Positions 20,424 to 30,355 of a stretch of DNA of 64,000 nt are shown piece by piece. The notes below the pieces were generated by a model. That model made no database searches. It saw nothing but the letters and a program-made list of their open reading frames with translations, and was not told where the DNA came from. Made by a program: the position numbers and the translations under genes. The number at the start of each line of letters is the position of its first letter. Within the stretch, counting starts at the first letter, position 1. This DNA comes from Abditibacteriaceae bacterium (lineage in GTDB: Bacteria > Armatimonadota > Abditibacteriia > Abditibacteriales > Abditibacteriaceae): assembly GCA_031372065.1 (NCBI GenBank), contig JANMKN010000244.1:21415-85414 (forward strand), in the 5' to 3' direction.

Positions 20424-21131
20424 ATGAACCCAATTCTCGCAGTTCGCCTGCGCGCTTTGCGCAAGGGCTTTACCTTGATCGAACTTTTGGTCGTCATAGC
20501 GATAATAGCGCTTCTCGCGGCGATTTTGTTTCCCGCGTTTGCCCGTGCCCGCGAAAACGCGCGGCGTAGCTCTTGCACATCGAACGTCAAGCAACTCGCT
20601 TCCGGGATGATGATGTATGTGCAGGACTACGACAACACTTTCCCGCCCCGCCCGCCTGCTCCTTCTGCCCCCGGCCCCTTTCCGTGCAGGCCATGCCGCA
20701 CCGATAACGGCGGCTGGAAGAATTTGGTGCAGCCTTACGTCAAAAGCGAACAGATATTCATCTGTCCCAGCGACCGCGGCGTGCCAACTGCTCTTGACCC
20801 CATGAACGCCGCGTTGCCGAAGCCTCCGCGTATGGCTGATTTCTATGGTAGCAGCTATTGCGTCAATGTGGTCGTCCAACGTTTGGGGTCTGAGGCCGAC
20901 ATTGCGCTGCCTGCGGAAACTTATATGGGTGCCGAAATTTTCCCGTGGCATGTGGCTACCAGCGATGCGGCAGCCTACATGACCGGCAGAACGACCAACG
21001 CTGTGCGCATGGCTTATTTTTGCGACGGACACGCCAAAATCACGCCTGAAAAGATCATTTTTGACCAGTGTGGTAGTCCGATAGGCCCCGCCATGCCGAT
21101 ACCGGGCGGCGGCTTGCAGGCTGTTCCATGA
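20424..21131 (+). CDS. Prepilin-type N-terminal cleavage/DUF1559 protein with CxxC
   Basis: [61 protein letters not shown] precedes ATG 20424. Confidence 0.9.
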   Translation: MNPILAVRLRALRKGFTLIELLVVIAIIALLAAILFPAFARARENARRSSCTSNVKQLASGMMMYVQDYDNTFPPRPPAPSAPGPFPCRPCRTDNGGWKNLVQPYVKSEQIFICPSDRGVPTALDPMNAALPKPPRMADFYGSSYCVNVVVQRLGSEADIALPAETYMGAEIFPWHVATSDAAAYMTGRTTNAVRMAYFCDGHAKITPEKIIFDQCGSPIGPAMPIPGGGLQAVP

Positions 21132-21487
21132 AGTTCATAACTTCGCTTCTCATCCTGATGCTCAGTGCTGCCTGTTTCGGGGGTTGCACTCAGCATCAGG
21201 AAATCGCTCGCCCTGCCACTATTGAAACGGGAATCAGCAGTATCGCCGCGATTCAGAAGGCCAAGCTTTCCACACCGGTTATGGTGCGCGGCACTATGGT
21301 CGAAAAATGTCCTGTGGCTGGCTGCTGGTTCAAAATCCACGACGCTACGGGAACCATTAAAGTAGATGCAAAAGCGGCAGGTTTCACGGTGACGGAAGTG
21401 CCGTTGCAAACGGAGTTTACGGTGCGTGGCAAAGTGGTGCCCAACGGCGCGGAAAAGATGATCCAGGCAACGAGCGCCGATTATTAA
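21128..21487 (+). CDS. Small lipoprotein, OB-fold/DUF4920-like, CxxxxCW motif
   Basis: Lipobox-like [27 protein letters not shown]. Confidence 0.6.
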   Translation: MKFITSLLILMLSAACFGGCTQHQEIARPATIETGISSIAAIQKAKLSTPVMVRGTMVEKCPVAGCWFKIHDATGTIKVDAKAAGFTVTEVPLQTEFTVRGKVVPNGAEKMIQATSADY

Positions 21488-21500
21488 GCATTGGCCGCCC

Positions 21501-22139
21501 ATGACTTCCGCGCCGCGTCGCACACTTTTCAAATTACTGGCGCTGCTTGTTTTCGCCGTCGTGTGGCGCGTGGTGAACCCGCCCGAAACGCCGCTGGTTG
21601 TGGCGCCCAGACACCTCATTGAAGCGGCGCCGATGTGCCCGTGGCGCCAGCCCGAAGCTGATATGCGCGCCTTTTTTCCCGACGCGACGGGCTATCGAAC
21701 TGAAACGTTGATCTTGACCAGCCATCTGCGCGAACTGAATAAACTTCTTGGCCGCAGGCCGACGCCGGACGAAAATCCGCTTTATGTGCATCGCGTTTTA
21801 TCCCATTCGCGGCAAATCGGCAGCGTTTTAGTGCGTCGCGTCAAAGGCGAATACGGCGCGATTGAAATTGTTCTCGCCGTTAAACACAACGTTGTGGCTG
21901 GATTGCGCATTCAACGATTGCGCGAACCGGCGCGTATCGCGCAGGCGTTAAACTCGTCGGCGTGGCTACACTCCTTCGTGGGCAAAACCGTTGGCAGTTC
22001 GTGGCAAAATATGCCGCCGGTTCCTACCTTCGCGCGCGTTTCGGCAGCGGCAGTGTCCCAAGGCGCCCGCAGCCTGCTGATTTTGCACGAAGTCGGCGAA
22101 AAAAGCGGGACAATCAACGGCGCGCCGCTGCGCCAATAA
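21501..22139 (+). CDS. Membrane-anchored FMN_bind-like protein (degenerate)
   Basis: N-terminal TM; KGEYGAIEIVLAV...REP...WLHSFVGK pattern; no S/TGAT flavinylation motif. Confidence 0.55.
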   Translation: MTSAPRRTLFKLLALLVFAVVWRVVNPPETPLVVAPRHLIEAAPMCPWRQPEADMRAFFPDATGYRTETLILTSHLRELNKLLGRRPTPDENPLYVHRVLSHSRQIGSVLVRRVKGEYGAIEIVLAVKHNVVAGLRIQRLREPARIAQALNSSAWLHSFVGKTVGSSWQNMPPVPTFARVSAAAVSQGARSLLILHEVGEKSGTINGAPLRQ

Positions 22140-22148
22140 CTCCTCTCA

Positions 22149-23312
22149 ATGCTGCTTTTTGCCTTACGAAATCTCACGCGGCGCCCGCTACGCAACGGGC
22201 TAACACTTTCCGGTTTGGCCGTCGCCGTCGCGGTTTTGGCCTGTCTTTTAGCCTTTGGGCAAGGCTATCGCCGTGCATTAAGCGCCGAGTTGAATCGCAC
22301 CGGCGTGCAAATGATGCTGGTGCCGCTTGGCTGTCCTTATGATGCGGCGGCGCGCGTTTTAAAAGGCAAAACACTGGACAACTCGCTGCCGGAAAGCGCT
22401 TTAGCCGCCGTGCGAAGCGACCCCGCCGTGGCGATTGCGGCGCCACTGCTTTTGGCCGCCGTGCCGCGTCCCGCCGAAGGCCGCACCGATTTATGGGCTG
22501 GACTGGACAAAACTTCGCTGCAACTCAAGCCGTGGTGGCGTATGAAAGCTGGCCGGAATTGGTTTGCAAGCGCCAATTCGGTGATCCTCGGCGACGAAGC
22601 GGCGGCAGTGGAAACGCGCGTGCCCGGCGACAAATTTTACAGCCCTGAAACTGGCCAAACTTTGCGCGTGGCGGGCGTTTTGGAGCGCAGTGGCACCAGC
22701 GACGACAGTTTGTTTTTCGTGTCGTTGGCAACTGCGCAAAAAATGTTCAAGCAACCGCAGCGCCTCACCGCCGTGGCGATTCGCCTGCACGACCCGGCAC
22801 AAATGAGCGACGCGCTGGAACGCCTACAGAAAATCCCCGGCGCGCAGGTTGTGACGCTTTCCGAGATGATGGGCACCTTTCTCAATTTGGTCGGCACGGT
22901 GCGCACGCTGCTGCTTTCCATTGCCATTGTCGCCGTGACAATCAGCGTGCTGGGTGTTTTCAATACGCTACTGACCGCTGTGGTTGAGCGCATGACCGAA
23001 TTGTCGCTGCTACGCGCTTTAGGTGCCTCGCGTTCGCACGTTTTCGGCTTAATCGCGCTTGAATCGTTGCTTTTGGTCAGCGCCGGAAGCCTGTGCGGAC
23101 TGCTGCTGGCACGCGGTATCGGCGGCGTTTTTGAGAACCTTGTCAAGCGTTTCATGCCGCTTGCGCCAACGGAATCGCTGTTCACGCTCACGCCTCTTAT
23201 CATGCTGCAATGTTTATCATTGGGCCTCGGCATTGGCCTTTTAGCGGGCATTTTTCCGGCATGGCAGGCCAGCCAAATGCAGCCTGCTGATGCGGTGAAA
23301 TTGGAAAGCTAA
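22149..23312 (+). CDS. MacB/FtsX-type ABC permease
   Basis: RNLTRRPLR, VVERMTELSLLRALGA, GIFPAWQAS; GCPYDAA motif. Confidence 0.92.
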   Translation: MLLFALRNLTRRPLRNGLTLSGLAVAVAVLACLLAFGQGYRRALSAELNRTGVQMMLVPLGCPYDAAARVLKGKTLDNSLPESALAAVRSDPAVAIAAPLLLAAVPRPAEGRTDLWAGLDKTSLQLKPWWRMKAGRNWFASANSVILGDEAAAVETRVPGDKFYSPETGQTLRVAGVLERSGTSDDSLFFVSLATAQKMFKQPQRLTAVAIRLHDPAQMSDALERLQKIPGAQVVTLSEMMGTFLNLVGTVRTLLLSIAIVAVTISVLGVFNTLLTAVVERMTELSLLRALGASRSHVFGLIALESLLLVSAGSLCGLLLARGIGGVFENLVKRFMPLAPTESLFTLTPLIMLQCLSLGLGIGLLAGIFPAWQASQMQPADAVKLES

Positions 23313-23315
23313 TTT

Positions 23316-24494
23316 ATGAACTGGCTTTCTCTTTCCTTCAAAGACTGGCAGCGCCGCCCGCTGCGCATGGCGCTGACCACAGCAGGTGTGGCGATTGCCG
23401 TCGCTGCGTTGTGGAGTTTGCTCGCGTTTCAGCAGGGCTACCGCGATGGAATGCAAGGCGAACTCGACCGCCTCGGCGCACACGTTTTGGTGGTGCCCAA
23501 AGGCTGCCCCTACGACGCGGCCTCCATCGCATTGCATGGCGCCAGTTGGCCGTGTTATCTTCAGGAAAATTACCTCAAGCAGGTGCGCGCCGTGGACGGC
23601 GTGGCAACAGCGGCGCCGGTTTTTATGAACGCGCTTTACGATGAAGCGGGCGCGCAAATCGTTTACAACGGCGTCGAACCGAATCTGCTGACGCTCAAAC
23701 GTGGCTGGCACATCAACGGCGAATTTCCGCGCCGCCGTGGTGAAGTTATGCTCGGTTCCGAAGTAGCGGCGCGTATGAACGCGCGCGTCGGACAAAATAT
23801 CGTGTTGCCCAGTCTCAAGGCGCGCGGCACCGTTTGCGGCATTTTGGCGACCACGCCGGGCGCTGACGATGGTTTCTTGTTTGTGCCTCTCGCTGACGCG
23901 CAACGCCTTTTCGGGCGTCCACGCGAATTGACGCATATTTTAGTGCGCCTCTCCGACCCCGACAAAATGGAAGGCGTAGTTGCGCAACTGCGCGGCTGCG
24001 ACGCCGGACTCAGTATGAACGTCGTGCCGCTGACACACCTGTTTCACACCATTCAAAACTTGGTCAATTCGACGCGCCTCATGCTTGGTTGCATTACTTT
24101 GGTGGCGCTGCTTATCGCGGGCGCTGGAGTCAGTAACGCGATTCTTATGGCGATTTCCGAACGCACTCGCGAAATCGGTGTGATGCGTGCCGTTGGTGCC
24201 TCGCGCGGCGACATTTTTCGTTTGTTTTGGCTGGAAACGATGCAGGTTTGCTTGCTCGGTAGCGTGCTGGGCGTTGCACTGGCTTTTGCAGCCTCGCGTG
24301 GCGTCGAAAATTGGCTGCGCGCCCGTTTGCCATTTGCGCCGTCAGGTGCTTTAATCGGTTGGCATTGGTGGACGGTGGAAATTTGCTTTGTTTGCGCGCT
24401 GATATTGGGCAGCGTCGTCGGGCTCTTACCAGCGTGGCGCGCGGCTTCGCTTTCACCGATGAATGCCATGCGCCGCGATGGAGGCCGCTTGTGA
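23316..24494 (+). CDS. MacB/FtsX-type ABC permease
   Basis: ISERTREIGVMRAVGA, LPAWRAA; GCPYDAA motif. Confidence 0.92.
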   Translation: MNWLSLSFKDWQRRPLRMALTTAGVAIAVAALWSLLAFQQGYRDGMQGELDRLGAHVLVVPKGCPYDAASIALHGASWPCYLQENYLKQVRAVDGVATAAPVFMNALYDEAGAQIVYNGVEPNLLTLKRGWHINGEFPRRRGEVMLGSEVAARMNARVGQNIVLPSLKARGTVCGILATTPGADDGFLFVPLADAQRLFGRPRELTHILVRLSDPDKMEGVVAQLRGCDAGLSMNVVPLTHLFHTIQNLVNSTRLMLGCITLVALLIAGAGVSNAILMAISERTREIGVMRAVGASRGDIFRLFWLETMQVCLLGSVLGVALAFAASRGVENWLRARLPFAPSGALIGWHWWTVEICFVCALILGSVVGLLPAWRAASLSPMNAMRRDGGRL

Positions 24495-25186
24495 GAGAAA
24501 ATTACATCGTGCGCGCCGAAAATCTCACCAAAACCTACCGGCGCGGACGTGAAGAAGTGCGGGCGCTGGACAACGTGTCGTTTGAAATTAACAGCGGCGA
24601 ATTCGTGGCCGTCGTCGGCCCGTCTGGTGCCGGAAAAACTACGCTGCTCAATCTAATGGGTTGCATGGACACGCCCACTTCCGGCTCGCTGCGCATCGCG
24701 GGCCATGAGGTGCAAGGCTTGCCCGAAAGCGCGCTAACTCGATTGCGGCGCGAGCAAATTGGCTTTGTATTTCAGCATTTCGGTTTGATGCCAACGCTCA
24801 CCGTGGCCGAAAACGTTGCGTTGCCATCTCTCTTTTCGCGCCGCCGCGTGACGGCGCAGGTGGACGAGCTGCTCGAAAAAGTCGGCCTCACACAGCGGCG
24901 TAATCATCGACCGCACGAGCTTTCCGGCGGAGAAATGCAACGCGTCGCCATCGCTCGCGCCCTGATTAATCAGCCGCAAATTCTCCTTGCCGATGAGCCG
25001 ACTGGCAACCTCGATAGCGTCACCGGCGACGCTATCCTCGCCCTGTTTCACCAACTACTTGCTGATGGCCTGACCATCATTGTTGTGACGCACAATCCAT
25101 CCTTGTCGCATGCCGCCCAGCGCACTTTAATTTTGCGCGATGGGCGGCATCTGTCGGCGGGAATGTATCTGCCACGACAACGGTAG
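24491..25186 (+). CDS. ABC ATP-binding protein (LolD/MacB-type)
   Basis: GPSGAGKT, LSGGEMQRVAIARAL, LADEPTGNLD; GTG 24491 overlaps the upstream stop. Confidence 0.95.
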   Translation: MRENYIVRAENLTKTYRRGREEVRALDNVSFEINSGEFVAVVGPSGAGKTTLLNLMGCMDTPTSGSLRIAGHEVQGLPESALTRLRREQIGFVFQHFGLMPTLTVAENVALPSLFSRRRVTAQVDELLEKVGLTQRRNHRPHELSGGEMQRVAIARALINQPQILLADEPTGNLDSVTGDAILALFHQLLADGLTIIVVTHNPSLSHAAQRTLILRDGRHLSAGMYLPRQR

Positions 25187-25213
25187 CAGCGTATTCCCTG
25201 CAAATCAACCCCC

Positions 25214-25251
25214 GAAATCTAAGTCATTTGCGAGTGAAATATCGTCATGGG
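25214..25251. repeat. 38-bp direct repeat, copy 1 (copy 2 at 30820-30857)
   Basis: GAAATCTAAGTCATTTGCGAGTGAAATATCGTCATGGG; 36/38 identical to copy 2. Confidence 0.9.
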
Positions 25252-25352
25252 CGCCTTTGATGGTCACACGCCCTACAAGCGATTACGACAAAAGGCCAGC
25301 CTGACTGATTAAACTTCACTATCCTTTGCCCAATTCGTGAATGCTTTTTGGC

Positions 25353-25390
25353 GCTGATACACTTTATAATCCGTTTTCTACGGTGACCCT
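25353..25390 (-). mobile_element. Degenerate Tn3-family terminal inverted repeat
   Basis: Minus strand AGGGTCACCGTAGAAAACGGATTATAAAGTGTATCAGC; shares AAACGGATTATAAAG with the IR at 27537. Confidence 0.65.
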
Positions 25391-25417
25391 AAGAATGCAA
25401 CAACCATCCCGTTGGGT

Positions 25418-27232
25418 TTATGGATTTTGGACGCAACGAAATCCAAGGTCTTGGTTGCCGTAACCAAGACCACACTTACGACGCATGGCGCATTTGAACC
25501 AACCGCCTGCCCCGTCCGACTCCGGGCGATACCACGAGCCGCCGCGTGTTGTATGTTCGGTTCCCGTCGGTGGGCCTGTCGGATTCCGTAAGGGAGACGT
25601 TTGATAATAATAATCGGCATACCAGTCTGAACACCATTCTTCGGCGTTCCCGGCCATATCCAAGCAGCCGTAAGGACTCACTCCGCTCGGAAAGCTGCCT
25701 ACCGGCGCCGTCAGTCCCGCGTCCATGATTTGCGTCATGCTGCACCACAAGCGCGACGTATCGAAGGTTGAACCCCAGGGATAAGTGCGTCCATCCGTGC
25801 CGCGCGCCGCTTTTTCCCATTGTGCTTCGGTGGGAAGACTGGCGCCCGCCCACTTGGCGTAGGCGTTCGCGTCGTCCCAGCTCACGTTGACGATGGGATG
25901 GTTGTCGTTCCAACTTCCTCCCCACGGACGAACCGGCATCGTCCGATTCGTGTCTTCGCAAAACGCGCGGTATTGCTGCACCGTCACTTCGGTTTCGTAG
26001 GCCCAGAAGCCGTCCACGTAAACCTGAGCCACCGGCCTCGTGTTCCACCAGCCATTCGCATCCACAGTGCCGCGCCTGAACTCCCCGGCGGGCACCCACA
26101 CCATTTTTGCGCCATCTTTGGCGTTGAGGCGTGCGCTGCCGATTCCAAGCTCTCCCGTCAGGAGTGCCCCCTCCGGCAATTTCGCCTCATAGGGTTTGTC
26201 CACCACCGGTTGTGGCCGGATCGCTATCGGATTGGCCGGCGCCTGGGGCTGCACAACCGGCAGTGTCGTCGGCACGGTAGGGCTTGTTGGCAGCGTCGTT
26301 GGAACGACCGGCAGCGCGTTTGGAGAAATCGGCAGCGTGCTTTGCGAATTCGCGGGAATCAGGGCCATGTCGCCGAAGCTGGCGCGGCCATCAGGGTTTT
26401 GCGAGGCTTCAAAAGTCGCTTGCACAAATTGGCGCGTTTTTCCCGCCACATAACGCTTGAGGCCGTCGAAAGTTATGTTCGCGTTGCCCGGCGTCAGGCT
26501 CGCCGCTTCGCCCGACAAGCCTTTCAAGAGAAAATTCGTGAACACGCCCAAAGAGCCATCCGGCATCTCCTGCGATTTTTCGCGCGGACGGCATGAGCGC
26601 AGTTCGGCAAATTGCGGCTCTGTGGCGAAGTCGCTGGTGCCAAAACCTGATTCGCTCGCCGCCTTGCCTAAAATATTGCGGCACGCATCGGTAATCATCA
26701 GACAGCGGCGCGGCGTTTTTCCCTCCAAACTGTCGCGCAGCTTGTTGTATGAGATGCAAGTTTCCGGCACGTCGGCGGCATCCGCGTCTAACGGCGCCAG
26801 ATAATCGAAATTCGTGTCGCGAACGCCGTGTCCCGAAAAAAAGAAGACGACTTCGCTGTTCTCGTTGATATTGGCCGTGAAGGTGCGCAACACGCGCATG
26901 ATATTCACGCGGTCGGGCTTGCGGCGCGCGTCGGCATCATCGGTCATTAAAATGATGGACAGCGCTGGAAAGCCCATTTTCTCTTCCAAAAAGCCCGCGA
27001 AGGCTTTGGCGTCCTTGCCGCAGGAGTGAAGCTTGCCCAGCGTCCAATAATCGTCCACGCCGATGACGACGGCGGTCTTGTCAACGCCGGGCGTGTTGGT
27101 AATCGGTGTGAGCTGAAAGGCCCGGCTTTCAGCCGTAAGCGCTTTGCCGCCTTCCGCTTTGGTCGCGACGGGATCTGCTTTAAGCGGTAGTGCAAAAACA
27201 ACCAGCAGGCTGAAAAGTATTGAGCGCATCAA
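25418..27232 (-). CDS. Secreted caspase-like (C14) plus FGE-sulfatase/SUMF1 domain protein
   Basis: Signal peptide; FSGHG and DACR dyad; Pro/Thr linker; LPTEAQWEKAARG, DMAGNAEEW, RGGSW, GFRC. Confidence 0.9.
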   Translation of the reverse strand: MMRSILFSLLVVFALPLKADPVATKAEGGKALTAESRAFQLTPITNTPGVDKTAVVIGVDDYWTLGKLHSCGKDAKAFAGFLEEKMGFPALSIILMTDDADARRKPDRVNIMRVLRTFTANINENSEVVFFFSGHGVRDTNFDYLAPLDADAADVPETCISYNKLRDSLEGKTPRRCLMITDACRNILGKAASESGFGTSDFATEPQFAELRSCRPREKSQEMPDGSLGVFTNFLLKGLSGEAASLTPGNANITFDGLKRYVAGKTRQFVQATFEASQNPDGRASFGDMALIPANSQSTLPISPNALPVVPTTLPTSPTVPTTLPVVQPQAPANPIAIRPQPVVDKPYEAKLPEGALLTGELGIGSARLNAKDGAKMVWVPAGEFRRGTVDANGWWNTRPVAQVYVDGFWAYETEVTVQQYRAFCEDTNRTMPVRPWGGSWNDNHPIVNVSWDDANAYAKWAGASLPTEAQWEKAARGTDGRTYPWGSTFDTSRLWCSMTQIMDAGLTAPVGSFPSGVSPYGCLDMAGNAEEWCSDWYADYYYQTSPLRNPTGPPTGTEHTTRGGSWYRPESDGAGGWFKCAMRRKCGLGYGNQDLGFRCVQNP

Positions 27233-27807
27233 ATGTCTCCGATTAATTATCTTTTGCTTATTTTAGCACTTTTGGAAGGCAGGTCAAGGCAGGCACTTTG
27301 GTGTTGAACGCATTAGAGTCTTAGATCACCACGCCTTCGAGCAAGCGATAAAAACCGCCCACAGGGCACCTGCCTCATCAATGCGATGGGAACGCTCCAC
27401 CTTACGATCTCAATAAGATTGACGGCATCCAATACTACTCGCTGTGCTATTCACGGGCTTTTTTATCGGGGATTGTGTTGGCCACTCAATCGCGCGGCCC
27501 TGTGCTCAAGTTGCTTCATGAGACGGTGGCTTTATGGGGGTCGGCTCACGAAACGGATTATAAAGCACGTTAAGTGGTTCATCCGGCTAATTCCTGATGT
27601 TAAAAGCTGATTCCACGCTGTCGCCTTTGTTGCGGTAAGCGGTGATTCCGTTGTGCGAAAGGTGAATCATGTGAAAAACATTGAATCAGGTGAGAGTTTT
27701 ACCCTGCAATTGGCCGCTGCGACCGCGCCCTTTATGCAGCATTAGAGAGTAATCCGCAGTTCGTTTTTTGCCATGAGTGTGTTTTCCCAAAAGTCTTTAC
27801 GAGCCTG

Positions 27808-28827
27808 TCACTCATTTTGCAGCAAGGGGAATAGCGCCCGATAAAACGGCGCGCCTTGGCCCCGGCTTTCTCCCGCCGTAGACAAGAGAGCTAACGTTTC
27901 CAGCAGCGATTCGCGGCACGCCTGTCCGACCAAGGCCGTCAAGGCGCTGCTATCGTCGGTGTTGTTTTGTCCATAGACCAGCGCCTCAAAATATTCCGCA
28001 CGCCGCACGTTGGTAATGACCGCGATGGGATAACCGGCCCGCACTAAAAACAGGTTCATCAGCAAGCGACCCGCGCGTCCGTTGCCGTCGCGGAAAGGGT
28101 GAATGGAAACCAAGCGATAGTGCGCCTGAGACGCCAACTCAATAGGATGCAGCGTCTGAACTTCGGGGGAAGCGATCCAAGCAGCGAACTCGTCCATCAG
28201 TTCGGGCACCTGATAATGCGGCGGATAAACGTGTTCCGTGCCCGCTGCGCGCACGTCCAAATTCCGGTAGCGGCCCGCCTCGCTCATGCCGGTGGCCCCA
28301 TCCACTGGCAACAATATCAGGCTGTGCAAGTTTTTGATTTCCCATTCGCCAACCGGAGTGCTGCCAGCGGCTAACTCTTCCATGTATTCCATCGCGTCGC
28401 GGTGGCCGATCACTTCCAAGTGCTCAACCAGAGTTTTGCCGCCAATCGTGATGCCGTGCGACAAGACCATCTCGGTTTCATGTTGCGTTAAGGTGTTGCC
28501 TTCAATGGCGTTGGAGTGATAGGTCAGGCGCACTGTGTAAAGCTGCTTGAGTTCGGCCACCACGGCGGGCGGCAAAGGCCGGAAGGAATCGAGCCAACTC
28601 TTCAAAGTATCGAGAGCCGCAAATTTTTCACCCTCCGTCAGCGCCGTTGCGATCAACTCCGTTGGCTCACAGGTGCCCCGGCGCATCTTGGCCACAAACG
28701 CATCGTAAAGCGCGGGCGCGTCTGCCGGTGGTAAAGCAGGGGAGGGACTGCTCGGTAAAGTTTTGTTTTGCGTCTCGCTTTTAATCATTTGGCCTGCGCT
28801 GTTCTTTGGTTGATTATCGGTCTCCAT
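27808..28827 (-). CDS. Fic-domain protein (class II, autoinhibited AMP transferase)
   Basis: HPFRDGNGRAGR active loop and N-terminal SNAIEGN inhibitory motif; ATG 28827 preferred. Confidence 0.92.
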   Translation of the reverse strand: METDNQPKNSAGQMIKSETQNKTLPSSPSPALPPADAPALYDAFVAKMRRGTCEPTELIATALTEGEKFAALDTLKSWLDSFRPLPPAVVAELKQLYTVRLTYHSNAIEGNTLTQHETEMVLSHGITIGGKTLVEHLEVIGHRDAMEYMEELAAGSTPVGEWEIKNLHSLILLPVDGATGMSEAGRYRNLDVRAAGTEHVYPPHYQVPELMDEFAAWIASPEVQTLHPIELASQAHYRLVSIHPFRDGNGRAGRLLMNLFLVRAGYPIAVITNVRRAEYFEALVYGQNNTDDSSALTALVGQACRESLLETLALLSTAGESRGQGAPFYRALFPLLQNE

Positions 28828-28916
28828 AGCCACTTTCCACCACCTCCTTTGCAAAATAAACGGCGGCTCACGACGTAGCACGCCGCGAAACGGTGCACGC
28901 CGCGAAAATCAGCCCC

Positions 28917-29174
28917 TCACAAATTATTATCTGGATAAGCCTTGCGCAAGGCCTCATAATCACGCATCGAGCGGCGCAAAGCCGCGCTCGGTGGTTTGGG
29001 GTTCTCAATTTCGTTCAGCAGAATCGCGTAATCGCGCTCCGAAAAGATGAGGCGCTCCCACGGCTCTTCTCCCGCGCCGACATCCGCTGCTGCCGCGCGA
29101 GCTTGCGCCAAACTGTCCTCCCGCTCGTCATCGTTCACCGTGTTGAGGCTTGGCGTGCGCTCTTGGTCGTTCAT
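28917..29174 (-). CDS. Short DUF1778-like protein lacking the RHH N-terminus
   Basis: LIFSERDYAILLNEIENPKPPSAALRR parallels TILSERDWELFVALMQNPPQPGQPLK of the neighbour. Confidence 0.6.
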   Translation of the reverse strand: MNDQERTPSLNTVNDDEREDSLAQARAAAADVGAGEEPWERLIFSERDYAILLNEIENPKPPSAALRRSMRDYEALRKAYPDNNL

Positions 29175-29287
29175 AACCCTTTGGCTGCTTTCTCTTCCCG
29201 TTTCTCGACGGCGAATTCGTGGTTTCTTATTTTAAACCGGCAATTCACCACATCAATTAGTATAATGGAAAGTAGAGGTTCCTTCCG

Positions 29288-29725
29288 ATGGCGACCCTTC
29301 GCAAACCCACTTCCCATCCCTCCAAAACACCGCAGACTAAAGCGCAGGCCAAAACGCCCCAAAAACGCGGGCGCAAACCGACCGGGCAACACGACGCCCG
29401 TCTTGATTTCCGCCTGTCCAGCGCGGCCAAAGCCAAAATCGAACAGGCGGCCTTAGCCAGTGGCCAGAGCCTGAGCGATTTCGCAGCGTCCACGCTGGTG
29501 CGCGAAGCCGAGCAAGTTTTGGAACGGAGCGCGGCGACGATCCTTTCCGAGCGCGACTGGGAACTTTTTGTGGCCTTGATGCAAAACCCACCGCAGCCGG
29601 GCCAGCCTTTGAAACAGTTCGTCGAAGCCTACCAAACCCACACGCACACCACAGGCGAAGTCACGGTCGTTGACGCCGATCTGTTCGACCATATTCCCGC
29701 TGAATTCGGCCTCGATCCTCATTAA
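29288..29725 (+). CDS. DUF1778 RHH antitoxin (TacA/AtaR-like)
   Basis: ARLDFRLS..K..IEQAA..G.SLSDF and LSERDW; directly upstream of a GNAT. Confidence 0.88.
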   Translation: MATLRKPTSHPSKTPQTKAQAKTPQKRGRKPTGQHDARLDFRLSSAAKAKIEQAALASGQSLSDFAASTLVREAEQVLERSAATILSERDWELFVALMQNPPQPGQPLKQFVEAYQTHTHTTGEVTVVDADLFDHIPAEFGLDPH

Positions 29726-30271
29726 ATGCCCCTTAAAATGGCATCTTTCACCATTGAGCCGCTTCAGTCCAGCCACGACCGCGCCGCTTTCGATTGTGGG
29801 CAGGAAAGCCTCAACACTTACCTGAAACGCTACGCCCGTCAAAATGCCGGTCGTTTTATCGGCATTACCTATGTCGCGGTGCCCCAAAACGAGCCGCAAC
29901 GCATCGCCGCTTATTACTCGCTCTCCACCATCCGTATCGAGCGCGAGCATTTGCCGGATGCTTTGCCGTTGCCGCGCTACCCGGTGCCCAGTCTGCTTTT
30001 AGCGCGCTTGGCTGTGGACAAAAACTTTCAAGGCCAAAAACTCGCGGCGGTGCTGCTGCTCAACATTTTCGAGCGCACCAGTCGCTTTGCCGCCGAAGTC
30101 GGATTTTATGCGCTGGAAGTGGTGGCCCTCAACGACACGGCGCGCACTTTCTACGAGCATTTCCAATTTGTCGCGCTGGCCGATAAAAAATTGCATGATT
30201 CCCTCCATCTTTATTTGCCAGTGGAAACCATGCGGCGTTTGTATTTAGACACACCGGACAGGTCTTCATAG
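29726..30271 (+). CDS. GNAT acetyltransferase toxin (TacT/AtaT-like)
   Basis: HDRAAFDCGQESLNTYL, PRYPVP.LLLARLAVD..FQGQ, FYEHFQF. Confidence 0.9.
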   Translation: MPLKMASFTIEPLQSSHDRAAFDCGQESLNTYLKRYARQNAGRFIGITYVAVPQNEPQRIAAYYSLSTIRIEREHLPDALPLPRYPVPSLLLARLAVDKNFQGQKLAAVLLLNIFERTSRFAAEVGFYALEVVALNDTARTFYEHFQFVALADKKLHDSLHLYLPVETMRRLYLDTPDRSS

Positions 30272-30355
30272 CCGTTCGCCGTTTTGTGGACCACGATTAT
30301 ACTTACGACCATGCTGAGCGTTGGTCAGGGCTAAGCAAAAAAAGGAATGGTAAAA

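Noticed and set aside
25418..25560. FGE C-terminus as a diversity-generating retroelement variable region
   Set aside because: No reverse transcriptase or template repeat in the window, and many loop codons end in G/A rather than the NNY pattern expected from AAY templates
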